The notes beneath the pieces were generated by a model. The model had not been told where the DNA came from. It ran no database searches and worked only from the letters and a program-made list of their open reading frames with translations. A program made the position numbers and the translations under genes. A stretch of 64,000 bases of DNA. Origin: a virus. Below, piece after piece: positions 47,082-57,873 of this stretch (its first letter is position 1; each line of letters begins with the position of its first letter). The stretch spans positions 2,873-66,872 of IMG/VR virus record IMGVR_UViG_3300028802_000011; one strand, written 5' to 3'.

Positions 47082-48697
47082 AGCTCGAGACAACTTGTGC
47101 GATGATCGAAGCTCGGGCACCTCTAAAGCCCTTCGACCATCAACTCATCGGGAGCCATGCGCTAGTTCAAAGAAGTAATCCTGCTGTTGGCCGTGAACTG
47201 CCAAACTGTTTCGCCCTGTTCGATGAGATGGGTGCAGGGAAAACTAAGCAAGTCTGTGACGCTGTGCAGGTGCTCTTCGAGCTGGGCCTCCTGCAGAACG
47301 TCATAGTAATTGGGCCGAATCCTATCAAGTCTGTATGGTTTGACCAGGAGATAGGCGAGATCCTCAAACACCGCTGGCCCGACATGCCCGTTAATGTCAC
47401 TGAGTTCCACGGCCGAGTACGAAACTGGCATCGCGGTAGACAAGGCCTTCGCATCAACTGGATTGTAACTAACCTGGAGTTCATCAGAGGCTCCAAGGAC
47501 AAGATTGACGAGATCATCCATCGCTGGGCCGGCAAGTCAACTCTGTTAGTAGTTGACGAGTCCTGGGCTGTCAAGTGCTGGACGGCCAAACAAACTAAAG
47601 CTGTCATCAAACTACGTAAGCGCTGTGGCCGAGTAGTCTTGCTCAACGGCACTCCTCAGTCGAATAATCTAGAGGACCTGTTCTCGCAGGCCTACATCAT
47701 GAACCCCGACATCCTGGGTTACAAGAACCAGAAGGTCTTTCGTAGTCAGCACGCAATCATGGGTGGCTGGCAAAACAAACAGATCGTAGGTTGGCGTGAT
47801 GTTGAGGTGATCCAGAACAAGCTCAAGCCTTATGTACTGCGCCGGCTGAAGAATGACTGTCTGGACCTGCCAGAGAAGATGCCACCTGTAACTCTCACTG
47901 CGGCTCTTACTCCGAGTACGTGGAAGATCTATAAGCAAATGCGCGACGATGCTGTGGCCTGGCTTAGCAGTAACGTCAGCGCTTCGCCTCAACAGGCCGG
48001 CGTGAAGGTCATGCGCCTTGCGCAGATCACCTCCGGTTTTCTGGGAGGCCTCCTCGAACAGAGCCTGTGCAGTAGTTGCGAGGGAGCGGGCCAGGTGGAA
48101 GATGATCTGTGCCTCACATGTGGAGGTGCAGGCTACGAGACACGTTCGCTGGAGCCTGAGACAGTTGGCACTGAGAAGCTTGAGGTATTCGAGGAGTGGG
48201 CTAAGACTCTTCTCGAGGGGAAGCCAACTGTCAAGGCGATTGTGTGGTGCAGGTTCCGCCGGGAGCTGTTCGCAGTGCAGGCCATCGCACAGAAACTTGG
48301 GTTTGAAGTTGGTTTGTTGTGTGGAGGTCAGAAGAAAGTCGACCGTGAGCACACTCTCCGGCTGCTACATCCTCAGACTTCCCCGAAGGACCGTCCAGTG
48401 ATGGGCATCGGCATTCCTGCCAGCGGCGCAGTCGGTCTCAATTTCGCCGCCGCAGATCATACTCTCTGGATGTCACATGAATCGTCCCTCAAGAACAGAC
48501 TCCAGGCAGATGATCGAGTGCATCGCTCAGGCCAGGTAAACAAAGTCTGGTATGGGGACGTCATCGCGACTGGTCCCGAAGGACAGAAGACAATTGATCA
48601 TCACGTGATCAAGGCTCTTCGTAACAAGGAGGACGCTGCAACTTTCACTTGCTCAAAGTGGATCAGTGTCCTTACGGAGGACGCACATGATAATTGA
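47078..48697 (+). CDS. SNF2-like superfamily 2 helicase
   Basis: DEMGAGKT, VVDES, LNGTP, GLNF, QADDRVHRSGQ. Confidence 0.9.
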   Translation: MKLETTCAMIEARAPLKPFDHQLIGSHALVQRSNPAVGRELPNCFALFDEMGAGKTKQVCDAVQVLFELGLLQNVIVIGPNPIKSVWFDQEIGEILKHRWPDMPVNVTEFHGRVRNWHRGRQGLRINWIVTNLEFIRGSKDKIDEIIHRWAGKSTLLVVDESWAVKCWTAKQTKAVIKLRKRCGRVVLLNGTPQSNNLEDLFSQAYIMNPDILGYKNQKVFRSQHAIMGGWQNKQIVGWRDVEVIQNKLKPYVLRRLKNDCLDLPEKMPPVTLTAALTPSTWKIYKQMRDDAVAWLSSNVSASPQQAGVKVMRLAQITSGFLGGLLEQSLCSSCEGAGQVEDDLCLTCGGAGYETRSLEPETVGTEKLEVFEEWAKTLLEGKPTVKAIVWCRFRRELFAVQAIAQKLGFEVGLLCGGQKKVDREHTLRLLHPQTSPKDRPVMGIGIPASGAVGLNFAAADHTLWMSHESSLKNRLQADDRVHRSGQVNKVWYGDVIATGPEGQKTIDHHVIKALRNKEDAATFTCSKWISVLTEDAHDN

Positions 48698-49718
48698 TCC
48701 GCACTCTCACGGGGCACAGGGGGACGGCGTCGCAGATGACACGTCTGCTATTCAGGCTGCCATCGACATCTGCCGTGACGAAGACATTGTTCAGCTTCAT
48801 CACGGAGCAACTTACAAAATCAACCCGAATGTCGGCATCCGTATGGGTAGTTTCAAAACCCTCGAGATGACGGACGCCGTCATGACTCAAGGTGGAACTA
48901 ACCAGCCGGCCACTAGAGCAAGGATGATCTACACTGTTCCTGGTTCGAACAACATCAAAATCTTTGGCGGTGCTCTTATCGGTTCGCGTCTTCCTCACGC
49001 CGGCCTCCAGTGGGGGAAGGGTATCTGGGTTGACAGTTCCATGACTGTCGAGATCGAAGGCGTCGAGATCAGTGACCAGTACTTTGATGGCATCGGCATT
49101 GGAGGCAACACTCCCTCGAGCTTCGTCAGCATCAGAGACTGCCACATCACGAACTGCCGGCGCAATGCGTTGACAATGACGAACGCCGAGCATGTGCGTG
49201 TGAGTCGCACGAGTCTGATGAACTCCAACGGCCAAGAGCCCGCAGCCGGCTGCGATATCGAAGCGAACAAGGATGAGCGCGTCCATGACGTCATCCTTCA
49301 AGACTGCATCTTCTTTGAAAACTCGCGGACTGGCCTGCACATCCACAAAGGTCACGGCCTCCCGCCGTCAGACATCTGGGTCCAGAAGTGTACATTCCAA
49401 AACAACGGTCTGATCCCCAATGCGGTTCCGGCGCAATATAACTTCATTGGAAACGCTTGCAACGGCCTCCGCTTCGTTGACAACATCATCAAGAGTAATA
49501 CTCCAGGCCAGCGAGGTGCAGTGTTCGGCGAAGGCACTGACAGATTCGTGTGCTTCGGGAATGACATCAACGTCGGCCCTGCTGGTTATGCTCTCGTCTT
49601 CGCCGGCGTCCACAGTCCCAAAGTCTTCGAGAATAACTTGAGAGGAGGCAATCTGGTAATCCTCCCGAATGCTGGTCTTCAGGGAGTGTTCGGCAAATCA
49701 ATCATTGAGGATGAGTAA
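48687..49718 (+). CDS. Right-handed beta-helix (pectate lyase-like) protein
   Basis: GAQGDGVADDTSAIQAAID start; NCRRNAL, GCDIEAN beta-helix repeats. Confidence 0.85.
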   Translation: MIIDPHSHGAQGDGVADDTSAIQAAIDICRDEDIVQLHHGATYKINPNVGIRMGSFKTLEMTDAVMTQGGTNQPATRARMIYTVPGSNNIKIFGGALIGSRLPHAGLQWGKGIWVDSSMTVEIEGVEISDQYFDGIGIGGNTPSSFVSIRDCHITNCRRNALTMTNAEHVRVSRTSLMNSNGQEPAAGCDIEANKDERVHDVILQDCIFFENSRTGLHIHKGHGLPPSDIWVQKCTFQNNGLIPNAVPAQYNFIGNACNGLRFVDNIIKSNTPGQRGAVFGEGTDRFVCFGNDINVGPAGYALVFAGVHSPKVFENNLRGGNLVILPNAGLQGVFGKSIIEDE

Positions 49719-50284
49719 TGGGAAAGTATGAGGAAGTACTGAAAGACCTGCTGCGTCTTCCAACAGAAGACAAGAACAGGCAGTATCAACTCGATCAGAT
49801 CAAGAAGCTCCTCGCGAGGCAGGCTGAAGAGGAAGCCGAAGGCGAAGTTGACAACAAGACAATAGACCTTCAAGAGACGCCAGGCTTCGAGATCAGGCTC
49901 AACGGCAAAGAGCCGCAGGACCTGGCTCGTCTCTATCGTGACCTCCGTGCCTACAAGACTGCGTTCGAGGAGCGGGAGTCCAAGCTGAATTTGGTCATTG
50001 AGGCCGTTGCCCAGATGATCGAAATGGTATACGAGTCCCAGGGTATCTCGAGCCTGAAGCTCACTGATGGAGGGAGCGTCTCGTCTCAGCCTGAACCCTG
50101 CGGAGTCGTGAAGGATAAGGAGGCCTTCAGGAAATGGTGTCTCGAAAACGGATACGAACACTCCATGACGCTTCCGTACCAAACGATGAACTCCCTCGTC
50201 AAGGAGATGCTCCTCGAGGGACAGGAGCTGCCGGCAGGCATCGAGGCGTTCTTCAGACCAAAGCTCGTGCTGCGATCGAAGTAA
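49718..50284 (+). CDS. Conserved replication-module protein
   Basis: Coiled coil, then AFRKWCLENG...YQTMNSLVKEMLLEGQELP. Confidence 0.6.
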   Translation: MGKYEEVLKDLLRLPTEDKNRQYQLDQIKKLLARQAEEEAEGEVDNKTIDLQETPGFEIRLNGKEPQDLARLYRDLRAYKTAFEERESKLNLVIEAVAQMIEMVYESQGISSLKLTDGGSVSSQPEPCGVVKDKEAFRKWCLENGYEHSMTLPYQTMNSLVKEMLLEGQELPAGIEAFFRPKLVLRSK

Positions 50285-50538
50285 TACTCGCATGGCTGCG
50301 CAGCAAGATAACTTACAGAGACGAGCACTGTGCAGTTGAAGGATGCTATCGCTACGTCATGCTCAAGACTTTCAGCATCACGATGTTCCGCGCGCGGCTG
50401 TGTTCCAGCCACGCACTTGACAGGCCCGGTGTCCTGTTCATGAGTGGAGACATTCGCTGCTAGATCTCATCCGGCCCTCGACTACGGGCATCGTAGGCTG
50501 GTCGTAACCGCGCCCGATATAAACTGGAGACTTAACAA

Positions 50539-51306
50539 GTGGCAAAGAAGACTGAAACTGCAATCGCGAAGACTGAAGAGAATGCTCTGACATCGATTCC
50601 CGAGGACTTCAAGACTCACGCCGGATTTGGTACGGAGAAGCTGACCGGTGAGGATGTTCGCCCTCCCCGTCTCATGCTGGCTCAGGCGATGAGCCCTCAC
50701 GTGAAGAAGCTCGACCCGAAGTACATCGAGGGGCTCAGCGAAAGCGACGCGTTCAACGATCTCACCGGCGAGATCTACGAGACGCCTATCCAGGTTTGCA
50801 TCATCACGTTCCTGGGCAGCCGTTTCGTGGAGTTCGATGAGGCCGGCAAGGTCAGTGACGGTAACGTCGCCGCCAATGATCCCCGCACGAAGTGGACCAA
50901 GGACGACGAGGGCCAGTCGGTCAAGCCCTTGGCTTCCAAGTTCTACGATTACCTCATCTGGCTCCCCAATTCGTTGGAGGTCATGACTTTCAGTCTCAAG
51001 AACAAGCAGGCTGAAGGTGTCGGCAAGACGATCAACTCGATGATCAAGCTCCCCGCGAAGATCAACGGTCAACTGGCAATGGACCCGCCGGCCTGCGCTC
51101 GTCTGTTCGAGCTCAAGACGGCGATGGAGAAGAACGAGAAAGGGAGCTGGGCGGTGTGGACGCTTCGCAACGCAGGGTTCACCGACGAAGATACTCGCAA
51201 GGCTTGCTATCAGTTGGGCAAGAGCTTCGCCGGCAAGAACATCGTCATCGAACGTGAGGCGGGTGAAGACGAAGACGTGCCCGATCTCACGAACTCCGGG
51301 ATGTAA
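50539..51306 (+). CDS. Putative single-stranded DNA-binding protein
   Basis: DVRPPRLMLAQAMSP motif, acidic C-terminal tail, position before the primase. Confidence 0.55.
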   Translation: MAKKTETAIAKTEENALTSIPEDFKTHAGFGTEKLTGEDVRPPRLMLAQAMSPHVKKLDPKYIEGLSESDAFNDLTGEIYETPIQVCIITFLGSRFVEFDEAGKVSDGNVAANDPRTKWTKDDEGQSVKPLASKFYDYLIWLPNSLEVMTFSLKNKQAEGVGKTINSMIKLPAKINGQLAMDPPACARLFELKTAMEKNEKGSWAVWTLRNAGFTDEDTRKACYQLGKSFAGKNIVIEREAGEDEDVPDLTNSGM

Positions 51307-51407
51307 TTAGTTAGGATCACAGCCGCCCCTCCTGTGTGACGTAGAGGGGCTCATCATAATCTTCAGCGGACCGGGAAGCCTGCTGATCACTGGGAGCTGC
51401 CGGCGAG

Positions 51408-53453
51408 ATGTCATCAGAGATTAAGGACGTCCGAGAGGCTGCCGAACTCTACATCAACTTGGGATGGTATCCCATCCCGTTGGTTAGCAAAACTAAAGAG
51501 TGTAGAGACTCCGATTGGCGCGAACGCGTCTATGACTCCACAGAGTTCAACACCGATGACAACATAGGCATTCGCCTCGTTAAGGAGTCTGACTCTAGAT
51601 CCAAGAAACTAGTAGGCGTAGACTTTGACTGCCCTGAGGCAGTAGAAGGCGCGAGCCTCCTGCCTGATAGTGAAGCGTCGTGGGGGCGAGCTTCGAAGTC
51701 CACGTCGCAGGTCCTGTTCATCTCGAAGTTCGAACGTGGAGTTGCATACAAGGATCTCAATCCGAGGAGTGACAAGAAGCCTACTCTGGTAGAGATTCGC
51801 GTCGACCACCAGAGCATGTGCCCTCCCTCGATTTGGACCGACAAGGACAACCCAGATCACCAGGAGCAGCTCCACTGGCACCATGAGAAGCTACATGCGC
51901 CAGAGATCGACGCCAAAGTACTGAAGAGAACAGTTCAGCTTATCGCCACAGCCGCTTTAACCGGCCGGTACTACGCTGCACCAGGCAACCGGCATGACTG
52001 GTCCCTGGCGGTCTGTGGCGCGCTTAAACAGAGTGCCCTAACAGAGGACGAGGTATACTCCGTCTTTGAAGTTGCGGGTCGCATCGCGGGCGAAACTAAA
52101 CCCAAGGATCGTAAGCTCGAGGTCCGTTCGACATTCCAAAAAGCTGACGATGACCCCGTCGCTGGCACAGGCAAGCTCGTCGAGATCATGGGTGAGGAAG
52201 TTGGCAAGCCCTTCGTTGAAAGCCTGCGCAAGATCTGGGCCGAGCGCAGTCCGTTCCGTCTGGATGAGCGTGGCAAGAAGATCCTTGCCAATGATCAAAG
52301 CAATGTTCGAAGAGCCCTCGAGAAGATGGAAGTTCGTGTGTGCAAAGACATCTTCAACTTGAGGCTGATTGTCAAGAACGGCCACGGTGACTTCGAGTTC
52401 TACAACGACGACGTTCGCAATCGTCTTTGGTTGGAAATGGATTCCAGGTTTCACTTCCGACCCTCCCTCGAGTTCTTCGAGATCGTGCTCAAGAACTATG
52501 CTGACGGGAACCAAGTCCATCCGGTGCGAGAGTATCTGTCGACTTTGAAATGGGACGGCGTCCCTCGCATTGACACCTGGCTCACTGAGTACGGGGGAGC
52601 AACCAACAACGAGTATACCAGCGCTGTTGGCGCACTCGTGCTCACGGCTGCCGTTCGTCGCATCATGCAGCCTGGTTGCAAGTTCGATGAGATGATGGTG
52701 CTTGAGTCCCAACAGGGCAAGAACAAATCAACTATGCTCAGAGCTCTCTGCCCAAAGGACGATTGGTTCTCTGATGATCTTCCTCTGGGTGTTGACTCCA
52801 AGCAAACTATCGAACGAACTTCAGGGAAGTGGATCGTCGAAGCGCAAGAGTTGATGAACATGCGCAAGGCTCAGATCGAAAGTCTCAAGGGCTTTCTGTC
52901 ACGTCAGATCGACGGGCCTGTTCGCCTCGCTTACGAGCGTAATGCTGATATCGTGCCGCGGCAGTTCGTAATCGTCGGCACAACTAACTCCTCAGCGTAT
53001 CTCAAGGACATGACAGGCAATCGACGTTTCTGGCCTGTTCGTGTCAAGATCTTTGACATCACTAAGATCAACAGAGACCGAGATCAACTGTGGGCTGAAG
53101 CGAAGACTCGTGAAGAGGAAGGAGGCCCTGATATTATCAGACTGCCTCAGAAACTTTGGCACGAAGCCGGTAAACATCAAGAGTCTAGGACTGTCGAAGA
53201 CCCGTGGGAGTTTACTCTTCGTAAGCACTTCGACAAGTCCAATGAAGAGAAGCAGCGCCTCGACCCAGAGGAAGTCTGGGAAGTTCTCAAGATCCCTGTC
53301 GAGAGGCGCGACGAGCGCAGTGCTGAGCGCGTCGCAAATATCCTCCAGAAGATGGGGTTCCGTCGCATGAGCCTGCGCAGGGATGGGATGATCACACGTG
53401 GTTGGGGTCGAGATCTTCAAGACGGCATCTGGCGTCCAGCAGGCTGGGAGTAG
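51408..53453 (+). CDS. Primase-polymerase fused to VirE/VapE-like helicase
   Basis: LGWYPIPL, NIGI, GVDFD; PGCKFD, QGKNKST, TGNRRFWP. Confidence 0.9.
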   Translation: MSSEIKDVREAAELYINLGWYPIPLVSKTKECRDSDWRERVYDSTEFNTDDNIGIRLVKESDSRSKKLVGVDFDCPEAVEGASLLPDSEASWGRASKSTSQVLFISKFERGVAYKDLNPRSDKKPTLVEIRVDHQSMCPPSIWTDKDNPDHQEQLHWHHEKLHAPEIDAKVLKRTVQLIATAALTGRYYAAPGNRHDWSLAVCGALKQSALTEDEVYSVFEVAGRIAGETKPKDRKLEVRSTFQKADDDPVAGTGKLVEIMGEEVGKPFVESLRKIWAERSPFRLDERGKKILANDQSNVRRALEKMEVRVCKDIFNLRLIVKNGHGDFEFYNDDVRNRLWLEMDSRFHFRPSLEFFEIVLKNYADGNQVHPVREYLSTLKWDGVPRIDTWLTEYGGATNNEYTSAVGALVLTAAVRRIMQPGCKFDEMMVLESQQGKNKSTMLRALCPKDDWFSDDLPLGVDSKQTIERTSGKWIVEAQELMNMRKAQIESLKGFLSRQIDGPVRLAYERNADIVPRQFVIVGTTNSSAYLKDMTGNRRFWPVRVKIFDITKINRDRDQLWAEAKTREEEGGPDIIRLPQKLWHEAGKHQESRTVEDPWEFTLRKHFDKSNEEKQRLDPEEVWEVLKIPVERRDERSAERVANILQKMGFRRMSLRRDGMITRGWGRDLQDGIWRPAGWE

Positions 53454-54573
53454 AGCATGGTGTGGAGTGATCATGTTAGACGTGGGAACGGGGCTCATAT
53501 GGGAATCGGGGGACAGGGCAAGCCGCAGGTTCGGGTGCATAGTAGCGAGGAACATCTCCGAGGGAAAATATCTAGTCCGCTTCTACGGCGATGGGTACTC
53601 CGCCTGGCCCATGCACTTCAATCAGGTCGAGATCTGCGTGAAAAGAGCGCAGCAATACGAGGTGAGCTTATGACAGGGCTTTTCGGACTGGTATCCTTGG
53701 TGCATCTGGTACTTAGCCTGTTACACCGGGATCTGCCTCATCAGCACGTGGAGCTCGCCCTCGCTTGGGGATTGCTTCACGTCTTGTCCAAGTGGAGCGA
53801 CAAGTGAGTGAGGAGAAGCAGGATCTACAAGACAAAGTAGCAAAGGCTGTCACAGCCATCAACGAAGCCGGCTCTTCTGTGGCAGATCTTCGCGCCGCAC
53901 TCAAGAAGATGGGAGTCAAGTTCCATCTGCCTAAAGTGAAGAGACGCAAGATGAAGATGCAGAAAGACTCACGAAGGAAGAACAGACGATGAAGCGCCGA
54001 CGTCGTCTTGCTCGAGCTCTAGACATCGAGGAGGTGAAGCTGTATTCTCCTGAATGTGGCAGCCAGAACCGTCGACCTCGCTTAGTTGGCCCAGTCGCCG
54101 ACATTATCGCTCCCTCCTCGAGGGGAGGCTGGCATAGGGATGGACGAGGCTTTATCGGATCGATGCCTCAGCCCGACTACAGCATTGTGATGCGCCGAGT
54201 ACTTGGTTGCACCCATAAGACAATGATTGCCAGGTGGGACATCCAGGTTCTATGTGACTACGTCCTCGCGTTCCCTGACGACACGTCCATGTTCTTCAGA
54301 GCTTTCCTGAAGCATTACTCTATCCTCGGCCAAGGGAACGCACAGTACGTCCTTCGCATCTCTGGTCCAGTGAGGTTCGAATGAGTGAAGACGATGACGT
54401 GATGGCATTCATCTTCAAAGTTCTGGGATTCGTGTTGAGCTTCGCCCTCATCACGAATGCCTGGTTCTATTTCTTGAGCGTCGAGTGCTCCTGGGCTCCT
54501 CGAGCTGCCTGGTCATTCATTGGTATGATCTACGGAGTGGCCTGTCTTCTGTACCTCAACAGGAAGAACTTCG

Positions 54574-54870
54574 GTGTCTAGGAACTCCGGCGACTTCAGC
54601 ATTCGCGGAGCTACTGTCTGGCCAGGCCTGTCCAAACTAATCGAGGAGTGTGGCGAGTTAGTGCAGGTCGCGGGCAAGCTCATCGAGACTCACGGCGAAG
54701 TCCGGCACTGGGATGGCTCAAATCTGAGGGACCGTATCACTGAAGAGATTGGCGATGTCATGGCTGCCTGTTACTTCGTGATGCGTCACTGCAAGATTGA
54801 TCCCACTGTTGTTGCACGTAGATGTAATGACAAGTTGAGTCAGTACGAGAAGTGGAAGGAGGGGCGATGA
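54574..54870 (+). CDS. MazG-like nucleotide pyrophosphohydrolase
   Basis: KLIEECGELVQ...EEIGDV. Confidence 0.75.
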   Translation: MSRNSGDFSIRGATVWPGLSKLIEECGELVQVAGKLIETHGEVRHWDGSNLRDRITEEIGDVMAACYFVMRHCKIDPTVVARRCNDKLSQYEKWKEGR

Positions 54871-54922
54871 AGCTCAATCTTTGGAAGCTTGACAATATCA
54901 CCTGTGAGGCAGGTTACGACCA

Positions 54923-55099
54923 GTGAAAGCCTACGAAGTATACTCACACATCTGGGGTCCTCAAGAGGCTCTGACAGTTGGCTGGTGCCGTGGTGGATTC
55001 GGCACTGGTGAACTGGTTGCGTATCTGTACGCCAGTGGCTTTCCCAAAGACCAATGGCGTGCTCGCTTCGATGAAGCCCTACAGGAGATGATCCTGTGA
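54923..55099 (+). CDS. 58-aa hypothetical protein absent from the ORF track
   Basis: GTG..TGA encoding KAYEVYSHIWGPQEAL..CRGGFGTGELVAYLYA; GTGA overlaps at both ends. Confidence 0.45.
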   Translation: MKAYEVYSHIWGPQEALTVGWCRGGFGTGELVAYLYASGFPKDQWRARFDEALQEMIL

Positions 55100-55491
55100 A
55101 GCTCCTCGTCACCGGCTCGCGTCACTGGTTGAGCCAGGCCATGGAAGGCAAGACCAAGATTCTGTCAGAGCTGATGCTAATCCGTGAGAAGCATTCGCTT
55201 GTCACCCTCATCCATGGCGGCGCACCTGGTGCTGACTCCTTCGCTGCGCACATCGCTCTTAGGTGGAAGTGGGGAGTTCGTCCTTATCCTGCCAACTGGG
55301 CACAGTACCAGAAGAAGGCCGGTCCAATCAGGAATCGTTTGATGCTGCTCGAGGAGCACAAGCCTGACATGCAAGATCCCATTGACTTGTGCCTCGCTTT
55401 CCCACTGCCAGGAGGCAAAGGAACACAAGACATGATGGGCCTGTGTGTCGAGGCCCGCATCCCTGTCAAGGAGGTCTTGTGGTGGCCTTAG
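55096..55491 (+). CDS. SLOG family (DUF2493/YspA-like) protein
   Basis: LLVTGSR, IHGGAPGAD, YPANW, AGPIRN, AFP..GGKGT. Confidence 0.85.
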   Translation: MKLLVTGSRHWLSQAMEGKTKILSELMLIREKHSLVTLIHGGAPGADSFAAHIALRWKWGVRPYPANWAQYQKKAGPIRNRLMLLEEHKPDMQDPIDLCLAFPLPGGKGTQDMMGLCVEARIPVKEVLWWP

Positions 55492-55654
55492 AAGAAAAGA
55501 AGCATTCTGATCTGAAAGAGTTCCTTTCCGTGTTCTGTATCCTAGTCTGTCTGGTAGTTGTTCTGTATGGCTGCTGGACAATCTGGTTCGATTCGTTCTT
55601 CGCGGATCTTCCTGGTACTGATGGCGAGTATCTACCGCGAGACTGGAGGTATCG

Positions 55655-56115
55655 ATGAACGTCTGTTACTGTGGTCACGGGGCAAGTGCTCACGGTGAGT
55701 TTGCCTGTGGATTCGCCGGCTGCCAGTGCAACATCAAAGACGGTAGCCTGGTTCGTGTGAATGAGAAGTACAAAGGAATGATGGATCATCCGTTGAATGC
55801 AGTCGAATTCAATGAAGACAAGACGCAGCTGATTTTCACATTCGAGGAGGGTCTGGTCGTCAAATTCGAAACTGTCGGAGACTGCTGCTCCCAGTCATGG
55901 TTCGAGAGCTTGGAACTGGATCCAGACTGCATTGGTGAGAAAGATTGTCGAGATCGTTGCGTTTGATGTCTCGAGAACGGATGACGATGAAATAGCCATT
56001 CGACTGATTCCTGAACTCCACTTCGATGCTGCCCTTTGAAAGTACGGAACGCAGTCTTGTAGACTTGCAGGCATTCACAACGCTCGGCGGTTGGATGGAG
56101 CGCGTCGATGACTAA
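55655..56115 (+). pseudogene. Disrupted gene with an internal 93-bp inversion and two 1-bp insertions
   Basis: Re-inverting 55991-56083 and removing one A in each of two AAA runs restores GDCCSQSW...KIVEIV...FRNQSNGYFGGW...stop. Confidence 0.65.
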
Positions 56116-57277
56116 GTGGGGTCCTCCTAAGAACTGGCGCCCGTGGAAGCATTCGCACGGCACAGACTTGATCAAGGTCATTGCTGTTGTCAAGACCTGT
56201 GGCTCGTGTCCTTCACAATGGAGTGGCCTCACTGATCACGGCGATTCTGTATATGTTCGCTTTCGCTGGGGACATCTATCTGTGAATGTAGGATATAACG
56301 ACGCTGTCAGTGACGGCGAAGAGGTGTTCTCGTGGGACGAGGAGGGTGACGGGTATAACGGTCATCTTACTTACCAGAAGCTGAAGGAGCTTACTTCACA
56401 CAGATTTGAGTGGCCTGAGAAGGATCTGGAGAAGTAGATGCGCGTCGGTGGCGGATGCGGACACGATCTCTGCCGGCCTAACAGAATCTGCTACGTTGAT
56501 GAACTGAAGATGCGGCAGCAGGAACGCAGATACATGAGCGAGGCGCACAAGGTTCGGCTTGATAACGAGGACTTTGAGCTTGAATTCAAGTATAGATTCT
56601 CTCCTTGGAGGGAATGGACCTGGTTCACCGGCATTGAAGACTATCCGAGGATAGAATATCCGTCGCACGGGTTTAGCATTGGGTACTTCTTTCATATGCG
56701 TCCGCATCTGTTCTTCAGGATGCAGCACTACCAGAATCTTACGTGGCGTGTGCTCTGGATTCTGTGGTTCAAGTTCGAGTGGAATACTACGTGGGGCGAG
56801 GATCCTCTGTGAGGTGCAGGTACTGCAAGGAAACTATCGAGGAGCCTTACATCGGCTTCGAAGTCTTCGGGCAGAGGGAGTACGCGCACATCTGGTGCTA
56901 TTTCGTTGCAACGGGAAGGCCGGTCGCGAGGTTATTCTATGAAGAAGCAGAAGACCAAGGAAGAACTCGAAGAGATTTACATGCAGATGAAGAGGGCGAA
57001 AAGAGCTAGGCTCATGGGGATGCGAGTCTGCATGTGGTGCAAGGAGTTCTACAAGCTGCACCAGAGGAAGAGATTTTGCAGTGAAGCATGTAGAATCACA
57101 TTCGAATCTGGGATTGCTCCGCAAATCTAGGTGAGTGGTTATAACCAGTTAGTTGTGAAACTGTCAATGTTGTCCATCCCGGTTACAGTCCACTCAAAGG
57201 AACTGTCCGAGGAGGCCAGTCGTAGGCGACGGCGACTTTCCGGGTTTTTTCCCGGTGACCCATCACATTTCTTTCGT

Positions 57278-57498
57278 TGTAACGCGTTGTAACGCGACCG
57301 CATGCTGGCCTAAACTACTCAAAATAAGCAGTGTAACGAGTGTACCACGTGTAACGGCATTTCCCTACAGTACTCCCGAATGTCGGTTAACACCCACTCT
57401 CTTTGAGTCTGACCCCCCTGTTACAACTGATACATCTATTACATCTAGTATTATCAATAGATTAGTTAGTTACAAGGTAGTAGTACAGAGCCGTTACA
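57278..57498. repeat. Convergent TGTAAC / GTTACA iteron array (candidate replication origin or packaging site)
   Basis: TGTAAC at 57278, 57288, 57332, 57350 (TGTACC 57341); GTTACA at 57420, 57469, 57493 plus variants 57429, 57438, 57482; AT-rich and intergenic. Confidence 0.7.
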
Positions 57499-57567
57499 GG
57501 CCCTAACTTATATACTGTCATTTTTCCCTTGCCTCTCGAATAGTCTAGCGTGTTAGTAAGGTGCTCA

Positions 57568-57873
57568 ATGCCAAGCGCACCAAAGCCGACGGGCGAAGCA
57601 TTGGAGTCCATCGGCCTCACTGCGATCGAGCCTGGCATGTCGGGACACGACGTAGCGGAGAAGCTCCTCTCGAGCAAGCGCTACGTGACGAACCTTCGCA
57701 TTCGTCTCGATGAAGGTACTCTTCATCCCTCCCTCGAGACGCTGCTGTGGCACCATCGCTTCGGCAAGCCTGCCGATAAGTTGGAGCTGACGGGCAAGGA
57801 TGGCGGACCCATCAAACTGATTAGGCGGGTCATCGTTCGACGCGATGACAAGAAGGATGATCCCAAGGGTTAA
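57568..57873 (+). CDS. Probable terminase small subunit
   Basis: FGKP..KLELTGKDGGPI motif; coupled to terL. Confidence 0.7.
   Translation: MPSAPKPTGEALESIGLTAIEPGMSGHDVAEKLLSSKRYVTNLRIRLDEGTLHPSLETLLWHHRFGKPADKLELTGKDGGPIKLIRRVIVRRDDKKDDPKG

Noticed and set aside
57529-57560. Fifth sigma70 promoter before terS (TTTTCCCTTGCCT resembles P1-P4)
   Set aside because: No convincing -10 box at 16-18 bp spacing and no operator
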